Assembly (NCBI GenBank): GCA_030141605.1 | Contig: JAQGDQ010000307.1 | Coordinates: 124,001 to 188,000, forward strand | Source of the DNA: Tubiluchus corallicola | Lineage: Eukaryota > Animalia > Priapulida | Direction of reading: 5' to 3' | Length of the DNA stretch: 64,000 nt | Shown: piece by piece, positions 24,096 through 38,344 of the stretch | Numbering within the stretch: the first letter of the stretch is position 1 | How the letters are laid out: each line of letters opens with the position of its first letter | Made by a program: the position numbers and the translations under genes | The notes under the pieces: generated by a model | Database searches by the model: none | Seen by the model: only the letters and a program-made list of their open reading frames with translations | What the model was told of the DNA's origin: nothing

Positions 24096-27000
24096 ATGGC
24101 AGATGGTAGGGTGGGTCTCTGTAGAAAAATAGGTGATATAAATTCCCATCCTACAAGAGTAAAAACCAAACAAGATACAGGTAACGGTTGTGTGGACTTC
24201 AACCTGTTTCCAAGCCGTAATATGGCGTCTTCGTTCAGGAAAAATGAACTTCTAAGCGATGACCAGGTATGATTAAAATGTAGCATTTTTGGATGTATCA
24301 CCTTGCAGTTTGCAGATGGAACGGCATGTTCGTGCACACGGCTCTGCAAAAACAGAGCAGCAGCTCAGTCTGTAAATATCTTTGATTTGTATGAGTTTGA
24401 TATTAATAATAATCAATACGTTATCACTCTGCTTGCTGTTATTTTATTCTTGTGTACTGTTTGTAATTTTTTTATAATGCCTAGTTTTGCTGGGGCAGGT
24501 TTTCAAGGCCACGAAAACTGATGCATCACAAAAGTGGAGTTTATAGGCCAACAGCACTCCCTGCCTCTGACTCTCCTCTGGGAATGTAATTAATACCAAT
24601 ATTATATAGGCTTGACATTTTTCATTACTCTTATATGACAGTTTGCCTTGGGCAATGTGTAGTTATGTGCCTCAACATTAAATGCTTTCAAGATTAGTCT
24701 TGATCAACATTAGTTAAATTGTTCTTGGCTGCATCATAAACACCCTCCACTTTTTTGGGTTTTGAGATTACTCAACAGCAGTGAAACGTTTGCACATTTA
24801 AGATTAGATGAATTTGCACAATGAATGATCTGCAAAAAGGCATCTTAGTGCCTTCAAACAGAAGAGGGGGAAAAGTTGAAGCATTTTAACTTTTTTTTGT
24901 ATTTATGTCTTCTAGATTGCCGTGAAAAACTCCTTAGGTTTTGTCATTTGATGTTTTTAAAAGTCCATGAACTAGGCTATAACTTGTAGTTAAAATGATT
25001 GCATGACATACCACTGAAGGCCCAATTGCCAACTGTTGTTCTTGTGCTGTGGTTTATGTACTTCTGCTACTCTGGCCTGATGGATGTCCTAAATCTTGAA
25101 AGCTTATGGCCCACTTATGCGTAGAGCACTTTTCCGTGCAATTTCCTGCAAAGTAAATTTGGCCCATTTTTTCGCACAGTATGTCGTTTAAATATAAAGC
25201 AGGTTTTACATAATTTCTGAGCCAATTTCAGGAAAATAACATTGAATAAAAAGCAGAAGAAATTCTTGTGATACAAATTTATACAGACGAAAGCGCAAAA
25301 GTAGTAGAATATATAAATGTAAATCAGCACTCGCCAGAGAGAGAAAGAGAAAGTGCATTCACGAGAGAGGGACAAATGGAAAGAAGGCACACAGACTGAC
25401 AGACAATTTGTTCTGTAAAAAGATAAATGGATGAAAAGGGTGCATGGTGGATGCACAGACAGACAGACGATAGATAAATATAATTCTGCTCCTATAGGGT
25501 TGCCTAGCAAACTGTAGCAAGACCTTTGCCCATGACAAGTCTCTTCCAAAATGTTTAGTGATACTCTAAGTCATAACAACACAGCTAATGTAAACTCTAA
25601 AATGTAAACACAAATAGTGGCTAATTTACAATGCAATACTAATCGCTAAAATTTTGACTTATCAATTACGTCAATGTGTGTTTAGATTAACTTTGTAATC
25701 ACTGCAGAACAGTATCTATCTCTCCACTGGTATTGTAATTCATATGCCCACTTGCACTAAAATTCTTCACAAAGATAAGTCACAAAGCAGTGAATCAGTG
25801 ACAAAACAATTCTTGAGAATTACGATTATCTCATCTGATGCTATAAACCTGCAGTTTTGTTAAAAGGTAGAAAGTTTAGTATTTATTTCAAAGCTACCAT
25901 TATTAAGAGCATAGGATTTTGTGAAACCTTCATTGTACGAGATGACCAGTTGCTCATTCTCACTGAGCTGCTTAATTCTGCTTTGGCTACAATGTAACTA
26001 CAGTGTACTCTCAATTATAAAAACTATGATTAATCATCTTGTAAATAAATACGGTATATATAGGTATTCCTTACATTTTTGCGTGGACAAGCTTTTCCAG
26101 TTGAAAATTATTTCACTCTGAAAATCGTCATTGACAACACAGCCATGTTTCAATGTTTTAAATGTTTGAATCCTTGCTACATTTTATTATTGTGTCACAA
26201 GCGTTTTTCCTTTCATTTTTACAGTGTCAAAAGGTATCCAAAATTTGGGAAACATTGTTGAAATTTAGATTCGTCAATATTTGTGACTTTCTACTGTGAT
26301 CACATGTTATATTATTTATTAGGCGTATGCAGTAACAGACAGTTTTTGTTTTTGTGGCTCTTGTCTGTGCACCCTCTCCACAATATGATAGTGCTAAAAT
26401 ACACCAGTTTTTACTGTAATGTGGAATTTGAGGAGGATAGAAAGAAAGAAATAAAATTTAACCTAGTTTCAAGAAATAATAACACCAACGAAGCAGTTAA
26501 CTTACCCATGAAATTTATTTTGGGCATTTCGGCTAACCTACCTATTATTTCTTATTAGACTTCGATTCCTGCCTAATAAGAAACTTAACCTGGTTTTTTT
26601 TTCAACCGAGATACAGCATAAGTGAAACAAATTTAAAATCCAAATTGTATTGTATCCAAGATAGGTTTGTATTAGTTTAATGCAGAATGGATTCTTATTA
26701 GGCGGGAAGTGGGAACCTAAACCAATAAACGAAGTGCTAAGATCCAAATTAGCTTGTGTAAATCTTGTTTGGTAGGTTTCTGCTGGAACACTTGCCATCT
26801 TCAGCAACTAGAGCCATAAAAAATCATAAAGAAATAAGTTGCTGACTGGTATGTCAGTCTCAATGCATCAAACAGAATTTATAATAACAACTAATACATT
26901 ATTAGTGTTTCTCTTTTTAATTAATCTAAATACTGGAAGTGCATTTAATTTACATAGAATTTAATTTGTGGTATATGCGAGATTAAAGTCCATTAATGTA

Positions 27001-30000
27001 ATATATTTGTAATATACAAATTACTAATTGCGCAAAATGACTATAGCGTAATGGTACATAATATTACGTGGAAAATTGGAAGAACCACCAGGAAATTGGA
27101 AATTGTCTTGCAAATTGGAGTTCAGATTTCTAGTTTTATTCTAGGCAACTAGGCCAACTCTAACTTGGACAAGAAGATTTGGAATGGAACTTTCATTTTT
27201 AAAAGAACCTGTTCTATACATTAAGTTAATATTTATAAATGAGTTTGTCATAGTTTTAGCAATAACCACATTTTTATCTCACATTGCTTTGTAAATCTAA
27301 ATTTTGATTTTTTTTTTTTCATTTTAGCTTGAAGCCATTGCTGTGTGTCCAGAAAAAATTAACGATTTGCCAGACAGTGAATTCAAACAAATGCTGGATG
27401 CTTGTTTACCAAATCAGAACTTGAAAGTGCAGGCAATACTTAATGACAGCTTAGTAGACTGTCCAAAAAATGACGAGAATGAGTGTCGAATCACCTCGTC
27501 AGAGCTCAATAGTTGTTTTCATACTAGACGAAATCGTGCTGTGAAAACTGACGATCATAATTCGCTTATTGTAAATAGCAAAAATGTAATTAGTGAACCG
27601 CATCATGTTAACGAGTTGACTGTTGATCACATAAAACATGTAAAAACATGTGGCTTTACAAAAGAAAACGTCAAGCATGAAACTGATACGACTGCAGTTG
27701 TGGATAGTGATGATATTAATGTAACCTTGTGTTTACCGGAACCAGATGAACACAGCGATGAAAATGCTACTGTGTTTGAAGTGAAAAGAGATCATCCTGA
27801 TTGTATTAATGAAGATTCCGGAAACATATGCCACGATGACCGAAAAGATGGTTTAAAAGGTATACATTATGTAATTACCTTACTTTACATTGCACGAACA
27901 TTACATTATGTAATTTTTGTGCAATTATAATAGATGTATTGCATGTCATTGCAGAATTTTCTTGTTTTACGGATCTTATATTACGTTCGAGTTTGTCAGC
28001 GTTGTGCTACCTTCATCGAAAAAATGTTGAGCAAAAATATAGTAACATGTTATCATTATGAAATTTATTTTCAGTTACTTCATTCTATCAAGTCACCTAG
28101 AATATGAATCTAAAATGTTATTAGTTTATTACAAAGATGTGTGAACTCATTTCATAGCTGTTGTCTAATATTTCAGGTGTACACAACTGATATGAATCTC
28201 ATTTGTTGAAAGCCTACATTCACATTTGCACACAAATTCTTTTAAACAGAACATTTTGCTCGTATTTTATTTTCTTTAATAAATGGCGTACTGCTAGTAA
28301 CTTTGTGTATGACTTATTTAGGTGTAGCAAAAAAGCCTTTGCAGAAAGGAGCAACTGAACCTCAGAAGCGAAGGCGACGTGGTGTAAAAGAGAAGGTGAA
28401 AAATATACAACTTCACTAGGCTTACATATTAGTATAAACTGAAATGTTTGCATTCAGTAGGATTGTGGGATTAAATAAGGGAATGGAAATCACATATATG
28501 TTAGAGCCATATCTTATTGATCAACTCTAGGTAGCCAGTGACTGTGTGCTATTATGCCTATTTTGTTGTTTAAAGAAGTTTAAGGGATAGTGTGGTATAT
28601 TTTGTTCTGTGATTGATGGTTTATTTTTGGAATGGTGTCGCCTGGGAAAACATTTAAATGAGATGTATGGATCAACTGTGAATTCATATATAATTCATTG
28701 CATTTATACGTGCACATTACAAGTAGCTGATACGGACAATGAAACTTTACCAGTAATCCACTATGCAAGTAATATATGTTGATAATTTTTTTCCTAAAGG
28801 GGAGAACTGCTACAAATTTAACTGTCAAAAACATGAACTTAAAGAAATTCCAAACAGTATTTGTCTTCAAGCATTTGAACATCAAGGCATTTGTAACATG
28901 ACTAAATTTGACCCCTAGAATCAGCAGTGTGATGTAGTAGAATTTCTAGGTACTCCTTTATTTGTTTTCGTTGACACATGCACGACATCATTTTTATCGA
29001 ATAGTAAAAGCTATTGTTTCAGCATTGTCAGTTTTTTGGCGAAATTAGTCGATGACTAGGATTTTTAGTAATTTTATGCAGCTCAAGTGTTATATGATAA
29101 AAAGTAAAATAATTATGATAAAAAGTGAAAGACTGATGTTTTGTATTAACAGTTAAAAAGTACACCAGCTTTTGTTAGTTAGCCTAACTCATTTAAGTAG
29201 ATGGTCACATTTGCTCAAAATAATACTGTTTGTTTTAGTACATTATGCATAGTTAGTAAAGAAGGTGAAGCATTATTTAAGCTACTGCCCCTTTAACACA
29301 CTTAAAGCTTACAGATTATGAATCATGAATATAAGTTAGGTGTTTAGGTTTTGTTTGGATGTAATTGAATCTTCAGTTTCTAGCTTTTTTGTTGCTGTTT
29401 GTGTTTGTCAGTATTTAGAAACCTATTTTGAAAAGACTACATACCCGTTTTGCACTTTCGATCGGTTGTTACTGTGCCGATATTGCCTACAGAAATTTTT
29501 TATTCATACATAATACAGGGTGTCTCTAAAGTCAGTATGCACTATGATTTCTGATTTTCCTTTTAGCTTGCCATCCATTCTTAACAAACTTTGCCATATT
29601 ACTTAAATAGTAACTGAACCCTATTACTATAGCAATGACATTAAATTTAAAAAATGAATTGAAAAATGTCAGCCAGATGTAAAGTTCTTCGATCATAACC
29701 TCGAGTGCGCCAGAAATTCAGGAACAGCATATAGATTACATTCCTCACTACTTGTAAACTGTGACAACTGTGATTCTCAAAGCAAGATATCCAACTTTGC
29801 ACTGAAAATTTGGGACTAGACAGATTTGGCATCTTGCATTTTGGCATCCTACAACCAGGCTAGAATTTATACAGAAAGACCAAGACACCTTCATTTGTCC
29901 TTCACAAACTGGAAACAACAATTAGAGATTGTTGTGCAAACATTTAACTGGAAGAGTTCGGTGATGTTGGAATTGCATGTGTTAATCATTAGCAAAAGTG

Positions 30001-33000
30001 CTTTGAAGAAGGTAGCAAAAGTAGAGAAGCCTATCAGTACAATAGTTCTTTTCTTGACCAACAGTACTGCCAGTAAAGGTTTTAGTTCTTCTGTACTAAT
30101 TTTCAAACACCTGCTTTAAAATATTAAGTATATACTGACTTCTGCGGCACCTCGTGCAAGCTTTGTGCAACTGCAAGCTGATGGTTTTGTATAAGTTTTT
30201 GAAAGCTTTTTTATATTAAGATTTAAGGATTCCTTTGAATCCTTTCTGAAGGGCATGAATCAACAAAATGCTGAACTCAGTTTTAGCATATTGTAGTGTA
30301 CCTTGATTATACATCAAACTATGTCACATTTCTTACATGTACTTGTATTTTTGCAGGGAATTGACATTGAAATAGGTAAAATTCCTGGCTTTCGCGGCAA
30401 TCATCCCATTGATGATTTGGTGGAGTTTATTGATGGTCCTCAATCGGGAAAGAAATCAAAGAATAATGTCGAAAAACAAAAGAAAGAAAAAAGTAAGAAG
30501 AAAGGGAAAGAAAGCTATGACGAATCAGAGAAACTAGAAAGTGCTGATGAAAAGGAAGAAACAGTAGATATGCAAGCTGACCAACTAGACACAAGTTATG
30601 AATCGGCACAAGAAGAACTAACTCCTTCAAGTGCATTCAGTGAAGTTACTGATGCAAAGCCACCTGTTCCTCCGTCACTGAGTGAATCTGAAAAGTTTCA
30701 TGAAGAGGATTTCAAAGTGGTAATCAGAAGCAAGAAACATAACAAGAGAGCAAGACAACATACAGACAGTAGTGTACCCCCACGCCGTGCAACTTCATAT
30801 GATAACTGCGTTGAGATGGACCTGGTTGGTGGTAGTGGCGAACGTGCTCGTCGTAACTCTACTGGCAGTGCTCCAGTTAATATGGCGACAAGTCCACAGG
30901 AAGGAACTGAATGTCACAGTGATGATGAGTCAGTTCAATCATTACCTGTGCATGCTGACATTGCAGAAGCACCAGTGACAGCGCCACCACCCAGTACAGT
31001 TAGTGAACTAACAAGAAACAAAGCTCCCAGCGAAGAACCATCTGGGCGCACATACGAAACCGATCGTGCCGCTAAAATGATGCAGATGCGAAGATCAGCT
31101 TCTGCAGGAAGCTTCACCCGCAATAACTACAGCAGCTCCAAGAATCCACGTATGATCAGAGGGCAGAGGTATGACAGCATCAGTGACTGCAGAGATATTG
31201 CTAGTGCGCCTGAAGTTTATATTGACACGGACGATAGAGAAAATTTCCCTAGTCTACCTTCTGCACCTCAGCCTGGCAAAGGCAACCAGAAGCCTAGCAG
31301 TGCTCCTGAAAAGAGCTATGCTGCTGCTCTAACAATTAAGTACAATAAAAACATGGGAAGTGACTCCGTGAGCTTTGATCTACCTAATGAAGACTTTTCT
31401 CCAGCAGCTGTGACTAGTAACTATGTCACAGGTGTCACTGTTGTGGAGAAACTTAGTGGTGCTAATAATAGTGTAACTATCTGTGATACTTGTGCTAATG
31501 CCGTTTATAAAAACAATGAAGATAAACAGATTAATGTTAAACCAAGTAGCGAACCTACTTCCTGTGTTGCAGAAACTGTGCAAGCTGGTTTTCAAACTGA
31601 AAGTGCTGAAAATGCTGATGACAGTAATGTGGGTAATACTTTCCAGATGCCGCAGTTTACTCAGGAGTCAGTGATCGGCATCGAGACTAGCAGTGAGATT
31701 TTACTCGGTAAACTGCATCTTAAACCAACGGAGAAAAAGACTTCTCCAGAAAAATCCATAAGGCATAAGGCATCACGTCTTGTATTCGAGATAGGTGGTG
31801 GTTCAAAAAAATCTGGTCCCAATTCTTCTAATCATGGGCTGACGTTTGGATTTGACTTGGATGCTAAAAATGAGAATTCACAACCTTCTAAGGTAGGTAA
31901 CTAGTTGTATTACAATACACAAGCTGCATTTATACTTTTTACTAAATTCATTTTGACACCTAACTAGTTTGTCATTTAGGTGTTGTCTATTGACCAATTG
32001 CTACCAAAACCAAATTTGAACATGTTGTTTGTTATTTGCTAACAGTTACCCAAAATTAAATTCTAATTTGCTTTAAAGTTTACTTGCATGTCAATTTGTC
32101 AAATTACGGTAGAAGCATGTTAGAAGAAAATAAGTCTACCTTTAAGGTTGCTTAAATTATTACTTCATTGAATGTTATGCTCACTAACTGACTCTTTAAC
32201 TTGCATTTTAGACTCATGCTGCATTTTCATTGCTGTATAATGTTTGAGCTTGTAATCCACATCATGAAATATGGATCAACGTTGGTTTCTGTATAAAGCA
32301 CAATGCAGTATTACATACTATACCTTTGTACATCACTGTAATGATGGTGTTGCATTGTCAACCATTCATTCATTAGACTGACCAGACATTTTAGGCAGAT
32401 AAAGAGTTTGTTTAGAGTTTAATTTAGGACCCCACTTTAAGATTAAAGCAAATTAACATATCGTAATGCCTATCATGCATGTACATTACACGAAATTTGT
32501 GATTTTGTAACATGTATATTTTTACAAGATGCCAGGAAAGTCTCCTAGTCCTGATGTTACCCAAATGGATGTAAAAGCAGCAATACAAACTCCGGACATT
32601 CTTCGTAATGCCACCATCACTTCTGTCAATTCAACAGGTGACGAATGTTCATCAGTGCGAGCTACTCAGGGCGAAGACACCAGGAGCTTGAAGCAAGATA
32701 ACAAGACTGTCATACTCGCTATGTGCAAAGAAACTGTGAAAACTAGTCAGGATCAGTCGGTGAATGAAAATGAAATTGCTGACAGCTTGTCTGCTTCAGA
32801 AAACTTGAGTTGCGACTCAAAAAGTGCATCAAAACAACAAGCAGCTTTGCATAAAAATGTCTCGCAGTGTAACACAGAAATTAATGACAAGTTGATGTTA
32901 GGCAAACCTTCTGTAGATGTTACTAAGGGACATCATTCTTCACAGAAAGGTATGAACAATGGAAGTGTCCCTTCTGCTGCAAGCCGTGATGAGATTCATC

Positions 33001-33807
33001 ACTTGCAAGATTTGGCAAATTTCATTGGTCAAGGATGGACGGATGTCCAGAGAGACATCAACAGAGGTATTTTTGCTGCATACTATATGGAATTGTTTGT
33101 ACACATAATATCATTTACATTTTGCTAAATGTCCCGAATTTTGCAAATTTGATATGAGACGATAAAATAATTTTAGCTAGCCCAAATGCCTTACTACTTC
33201 TCTTGTTTGCAGGAATCCTGTGCTCTTGGGCAATAAGACGCAGTCTGGTTAATGATGACTGTAAGCAGAAAATTGAGATATGAAAGATGCGATTATATGT
33301 ATAATTATCATGTGGTATAGACTCTGGATGGGTTGACTTGCCTTGTACAATTGGGATTTTAGTGCTATAAGCACTTTTGTCACATTTTGGTTTGCCCTGT
33401 ATACACTAGAAGACCTATGCATAAATGCAGGCAGGTTTAATTAGTAATCAGTCTTACAAAAATTGGCTGGCTGCAGTAATGCTATTACTGACAAGTGAAA
33501 AAGCTAGTGTTAATGATTTGACTGATTCTAAGTGTACAGTGTTTTAATAGTTTACGATCATTGTCCATATAGAAAATGTTCGTATGTATGAAATACCACA
33601 CTACATTTTGTTTTTCAGTAGTTTCTAATATATATTTTGTTTTGAGCATTTGCGAAAGCATTAGAGTGTAATTCTTACAGATAACAAGAAATGTTTATAC
33701 TCCAAGCTTGTTTCTATTCATAAATATCTGCTAATATTTTTTGTAATTTTTTTCTAGGAAGAAAAGTGGTCTACTTCAAGTTGGAAGAAGAAGTTTTGCA
33801 GACTTAG
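24096..33807 (+). CDS. Uncharacterised ~966-aa mostly disordered protein with short linear motifs and an MCRIP/FAM195-like C-terminal helix
   Basis: Phase-consistent GT-AG exons: 24096-24266 (second in-frame ATG at 24222), 27328-27859, 28322-28395, 30357-31892, 32529-33066, 33758-33807 (TAG). This joins the track ORFs starting at 27343, 30303 and 32529. Notable motifs: KIPGFRGNHPIDDLVEFIDG, DFKVVIRSKK, ENFPSLP, SYAAAL, LTFGFD, LQDLANFIGQGWTDVQRDINRGRKVVYF. Confidence 0.85.
25120..25515. mobile_element. Unclassified non-autonomous element with GA/GACA microsatellite core (HINE-like)
   Basis: ccaatttcaggaaaat motif, then gagagaaagag and acagacagacagac tracts, then a weak terminal stem-loop. 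Confidence 0.35.
29514..30190 (-). mobile_element. Highly decayed Tc1/mariner element
   Basis: TA followed by CAGGGTGTC terminal motif at 29514. Minus-strand remnant PNLSSPKFSVQSW sits where SPDLNPxxxxW would be, with a VY..IL..V..P-like stretch upstream; many stops and frameshifts. Confidence 0.45.
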
Positions 33808-36800
33808 TGGGCGAGGTTTAATTTATACACACAGTTTTTTCTGAACTACCTTCCTTCATGAAACATTTTGGTCTCCCTATAAAGAAACCTGAATATTTGG
33901 TCAGTTGGGATGCTTCATAAGTAAAGAAAGCTGATCCATTTTGATGAGGTAGTAACGTTGTATATAATACAGCTATAATTACTCATTTTTTGTATTTCGT
34001 CATGTTAGATAACATCAGACGAATCATTTAAGAAGCTGAAAATAGTCCCATTGTTATGGTGAATGTCCGCATTCATATATTTTTATTTGCTGAGATATGT
34101 GCTCTTGTTGGAGTGTAGCATGTAGCCTTTTAATACACAGTGGTCGGCACTTTGCGTAGACGTGATAAAAGTAGCTACCCTTATTTATTTTGCACGAGTA
34201 ACCTGCTTAACTTACTGGCCCTATCTGTAGATACTATTGATACTATCTATAGATTAGATATCATTACCATATTTTTCACTAAACCCATTTTAATTTTCCC
34301 CAAGAATGAAATTAAACTTCGCCAATTTTCAAGCACGGGTAGCATTTTTAGTGGATTTGTACTAAGTATCAGTTCAAACTTAGTCCCACATGCATATTGT
34401 AACCATATATTTAAGTATGGTAGGGTTGGTATGAAGTGCAACATGGCTCCTGCTAAACGACACTTCCTGGCATAACTGCACATAGGAATTAGTACAAAAA
34501 AATTGCATATTATTATAATTGTGTTTGTATTTGTAGCTATCCAATCAGAAGATTATTTTGCTTTATACGTAGTTAACTTTTCTACACAGGTGTGCTGTGT
34601 TTGTTGTGCTGAGTAGATTTTCCTGTCCATCTTGGTTTACAGGTCCAAGATTGTTTTGATGTATGGCCACAAGTTTATTATTACCGGCAGTTTTGCAAAA
34701 ATGTAATATGGCAGAAATTCTCAAAAAGTTTACAAAGTAAGCTTGTCAGTTGTATGTGAATGTTTTTTTTAATTTACTTTTTAATTTAAATTATAAAGTT
34801 GTCATTGTGTTGAATTTTCCATGTTGTAATAATTCACATGCAGTATGTAATTGGTGACTTATTTTGTTAAGGTAGATGCTACAGGTGGTTTTATTTAATT
34901 TATTAATGACAAAGGGATGCTATAGCTAAAATAATTAGTTAGTGTTTGATTTGGGTAAAAGATAAAAGCTGCTGAATTGCATTAGTGTTTGTTTGGGCCT
35001 GATATGTGTATTATAAGTAGTGTGTTGCGTAACTTGCATTGGTTCAACTTGCATGATGAAAGGGCTGCAGGCAATGTTAAAAGTATGACAATATTTTCTG
35101 TCAAAAGTGGTATTAAAATAATACTCAAAAATATTTGAAGAATTCAATCAAAAACATATTTGTTTCACATAGTAAGAGCATCAGTTCAGCTTGTTGTATC
35201 CTTATTTTAAGCAGTTTTTCTACATGAGAACAAATTATAAGTGTCTGTCATATAAAAACTACTGTACTAAATTTGTTAGTAAGACTGCAATCATCACTCA
35301 GCATGTAAACTGACATGTGCCATATTTAGAAACCATTTTTATGTTATCCTGCATGAAAGTGATTATCAGTTTTGTAGAGGGTTTCTCCTAGAAGTTAAAA
35401 AACTTACTTTGTCTGTGGAACAACAGTATTTGGGCATGGTAAATATTTTGTGCCAGACTTAATTATTGCAATTTTAAAGCAAATTTTGAGGTCATCCAGT
35501 GAGTTTCAATTTTTCTCATGGGCTTATTTTCATAATATTTAGTAATTTTTAGTTATGTAAACAGTAGTGGTTTGTTTTTCTTTAAGTCTCTAAGCTGATC
35601 AACTTTTGTATGTTGCCTAAATCTGCTCCATAGAATGTGCTGCTTATTTCAAGTCTTGACATGATCAATGATACGTAACATTTCAACTCAGTTCTCAAAA
35701 TCGCATCTGACAAAGTTTTCTTAAATAAAATTAACTTATAAACTCTTGCCTTTGGTCCTAAGTAATAATGTCTGTTGAATAGCTACTCAGAAAAATTTTT
35801 GTAATTAGTTATGGCTCATGAGTAAAACACTTGAGGCTGTATCACACTGAATTCAACTCATAAATTATTTTATAAACAATTTCATAAAAGAATCATTTAA
35901 TAAAATTTGCTGGATAACCTGTTGAGTGAATAGAGACTGTTAAATTTAATTTTCCTTTAATAATGCATAAGAAGGAGGTTTACACAAACTGAGAAGTTAT
36001 GTACTGATGGCTTTTTATTTTAATAATGTGCACAATCATAATGCAGGTCGTAGTTTTTCTGCAAAAATTTATATGTTTTCATAGATCTTGCAACTTGAAA
36101 TTTAAATCCTGTTATTTCAATGCTAATCTTGCAAATTAAAAAGGCACATTTACTTTGGCATTTTTTTGAAAGAATAAGTTTACTTCATTGCTAGTATTAC
36201 ATAGATTATGTAAAAGTCACATTTGGTGTAAAACGTATCATGTTGTTGCGCCGTCCACTTTGCAAAATTAATGTTTGCACACATTGCCTGACATTTAAAG
36301 TGTAATGCTATGTGTAAATACCATTTTACTGTTGACTGTGGTGTGGTGTATAATATCTTTTAATGGTACTTTTAGAGCTGGAAGAGCATGTGCTCTTTGT
36401 GGGTTTAACAGATCTCAAAATCAAGGGATTTGTTTTACACTGTAATTATATTTTTATGACAAAAATGTTATTTGTTACATAGAATTTACTGGTCACAATT
36501 ATCTTTAAAATGGGCATTGAAAAAAATGCCTTTGGGAGTGCTAGATTTATTAAAAGCACTTATTTCTTGTCAGGTTAATGCAGAATGCTGCAAGAAAAAA
36601 TGTACTATTCTTGGTTTAGCCCTATCAAAAGCTTTGAAAGTCCAAAAAGTAAAAACTTGAAAAAGCAAGAAATATCTTGTTATACTTAGAGTGTAGCTGT
36701 ACAAATAATTTTTTAATGAATGAATAATTAAGTGAATTTATGTAGTACACTTCTATTTGCTAAGAGATTTTTAGTGGATATTGTGTTTTCTGGTTATATA

Positions 36801-37990
36801 CATTTTTCTTCTCTTCTCTTAAAAATAAATACAAGTTTTCGTTATTTTTCTCATGGATAAAAACTAAAGGCAAAATCAATTAAGAACATTGCTTGAAATA
36901 AATTGCAAAAGCTAGATAGTAGCTAGGAGAGAATGTTGGCTAGCTGACAATGTCGGTACTCGAATGAGACTCTAATCATTGTTAATTCAGATTAAAACTC
37001 TTGTAAATTAAAGCATTTCAACTTTGCTATGAACTTTTGGAACTAATCCTGATTCTGTTTCTTTGCAATACTAAATCAAACTGAAATACTGGTATTGGAA
37101 ATTTAGAAATGCCAGAAAGTACGAGATGCACCACACTCTTGACACTCAATTAAGATATTGTTAGAGCTTTTTTATTATTTTTTTAATAGACCACATAGCT
37201 TGATTGAAGTAGGAAGTTACTTTAGCGTGTTTAGCATGTTGTATGGCTTCACAGATAATAGATAATAATCACACCTTTGTGCCCCATGGAAGAATATAGT
37301 TTCTAGTCTTAATAATTGTCCTTTGCATATGTAATGGTGATAATTAGTTTTGTAATGGGTCTTTATACAAAATTATTATAAAAAAAATTTTCACAAAAAT
37401 ATGAATATAAATAGCTATCATGTCATCTGATTATTGTATCAATGCTTTGTTGTTTTCCGATGTGTGAAGTGTTATGCTGCCACTTCAGTTTAAAATGTTT
37501 AATGTTCACATGTAACTCACATATTTAAGTCACTTATGCATGTTAATAGGATTAAAGCAAAGCCTATAGTTTTTCGACATGTAGGTCATGTTTTCTTTTT
37601 ATCACAAGTAAATTTGGGTTACTCAAAAGTCTTAATTTCTAGAAAGAAGGCACATTAGAATCAGTGTGTCACTAAATTATGCTTTTCTAAATCCTAATGA
37701 TTATTTCCCGGAAAATTCATGAATGCACACGTTAGATGAACTGCATTGCCATGAACAACCACTGTGCTTGCATTTCATATGAAGTGTGGTATTTTATAGC
37801 ATTGTCAAATGTAAAATTGTCATAGGCTTAATTAGCACTTACATGAACTCTGAACTGCCTCCTAAATGTAATAGTAGATTTCCGTACAACTTCTACCAAC
37901 TTTCAAAATTTCAACTGTTATGAGTTTTGTTGGAATGGTTTTTCTTGCATTAAGTTAGTGACATGGTGTATATCACAATACTTGTTGAAT

Positions 37991-37996
37991 AATAAA
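37991..37996 (+). terminator. Probable distal poly(A) signal of the plus-strand gene (~4.2-kb 3' UTR)
   Basis: AATAAA followed by a T-rich tract, at the point where plus-strand T/G skew ends. Confidence 0.45.
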
Positions 37997-38338
37997 AGTT
38001 TTTAAAATCCAGTTCTTATATTATTCTGTCTTTTTAATTGTTACATGTAAAATTCGTGTCACTGACTAACCAAGCATATTATTGCAAGATGAGCTGCATC
38101 AGAATACAGTACTGATCAGGTAAGTGTCTTGTCTGGTATTATGAACATTAGTGGAAATGGCATTTTACTTTTTGAATAGTGTATAAAACCGTGAAATCCC
38201 TTACCAACTATAGTAACTCACATTATGTATGGCAACAGTTAGTCGCTGACTGTTTATGTAATTATTATGGTACTTCAACTAAGCATTAGGAATCCTCACA
38301 TAAAATAACTCATAGTAGATTAAGTAATGACCAAATTA

Positions 38339-38344
38339 TTTATT
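38339..38344 (-). terminator. Probable distal poly(A) signal of CPSF6
   Basis: TTTATT on plus (AATAAA on minus) at the left edge of the A/C-skewed block that runs up to CPSF6. Confidence 0.4.

Noticed and set aside
23987-24349. 120-aa minus-strand ORF over the bidirectional promoter
   Set aside because: Antisense to the first exon of the plus-strand gene, with no recognisable motifs; Ku70 has its own ATG at 23890.
30427-31674. Short alternate-frame and antisense ORFs within the large exon
   Set aside because: Expected by chance inside a long, GC-richer coding exon.
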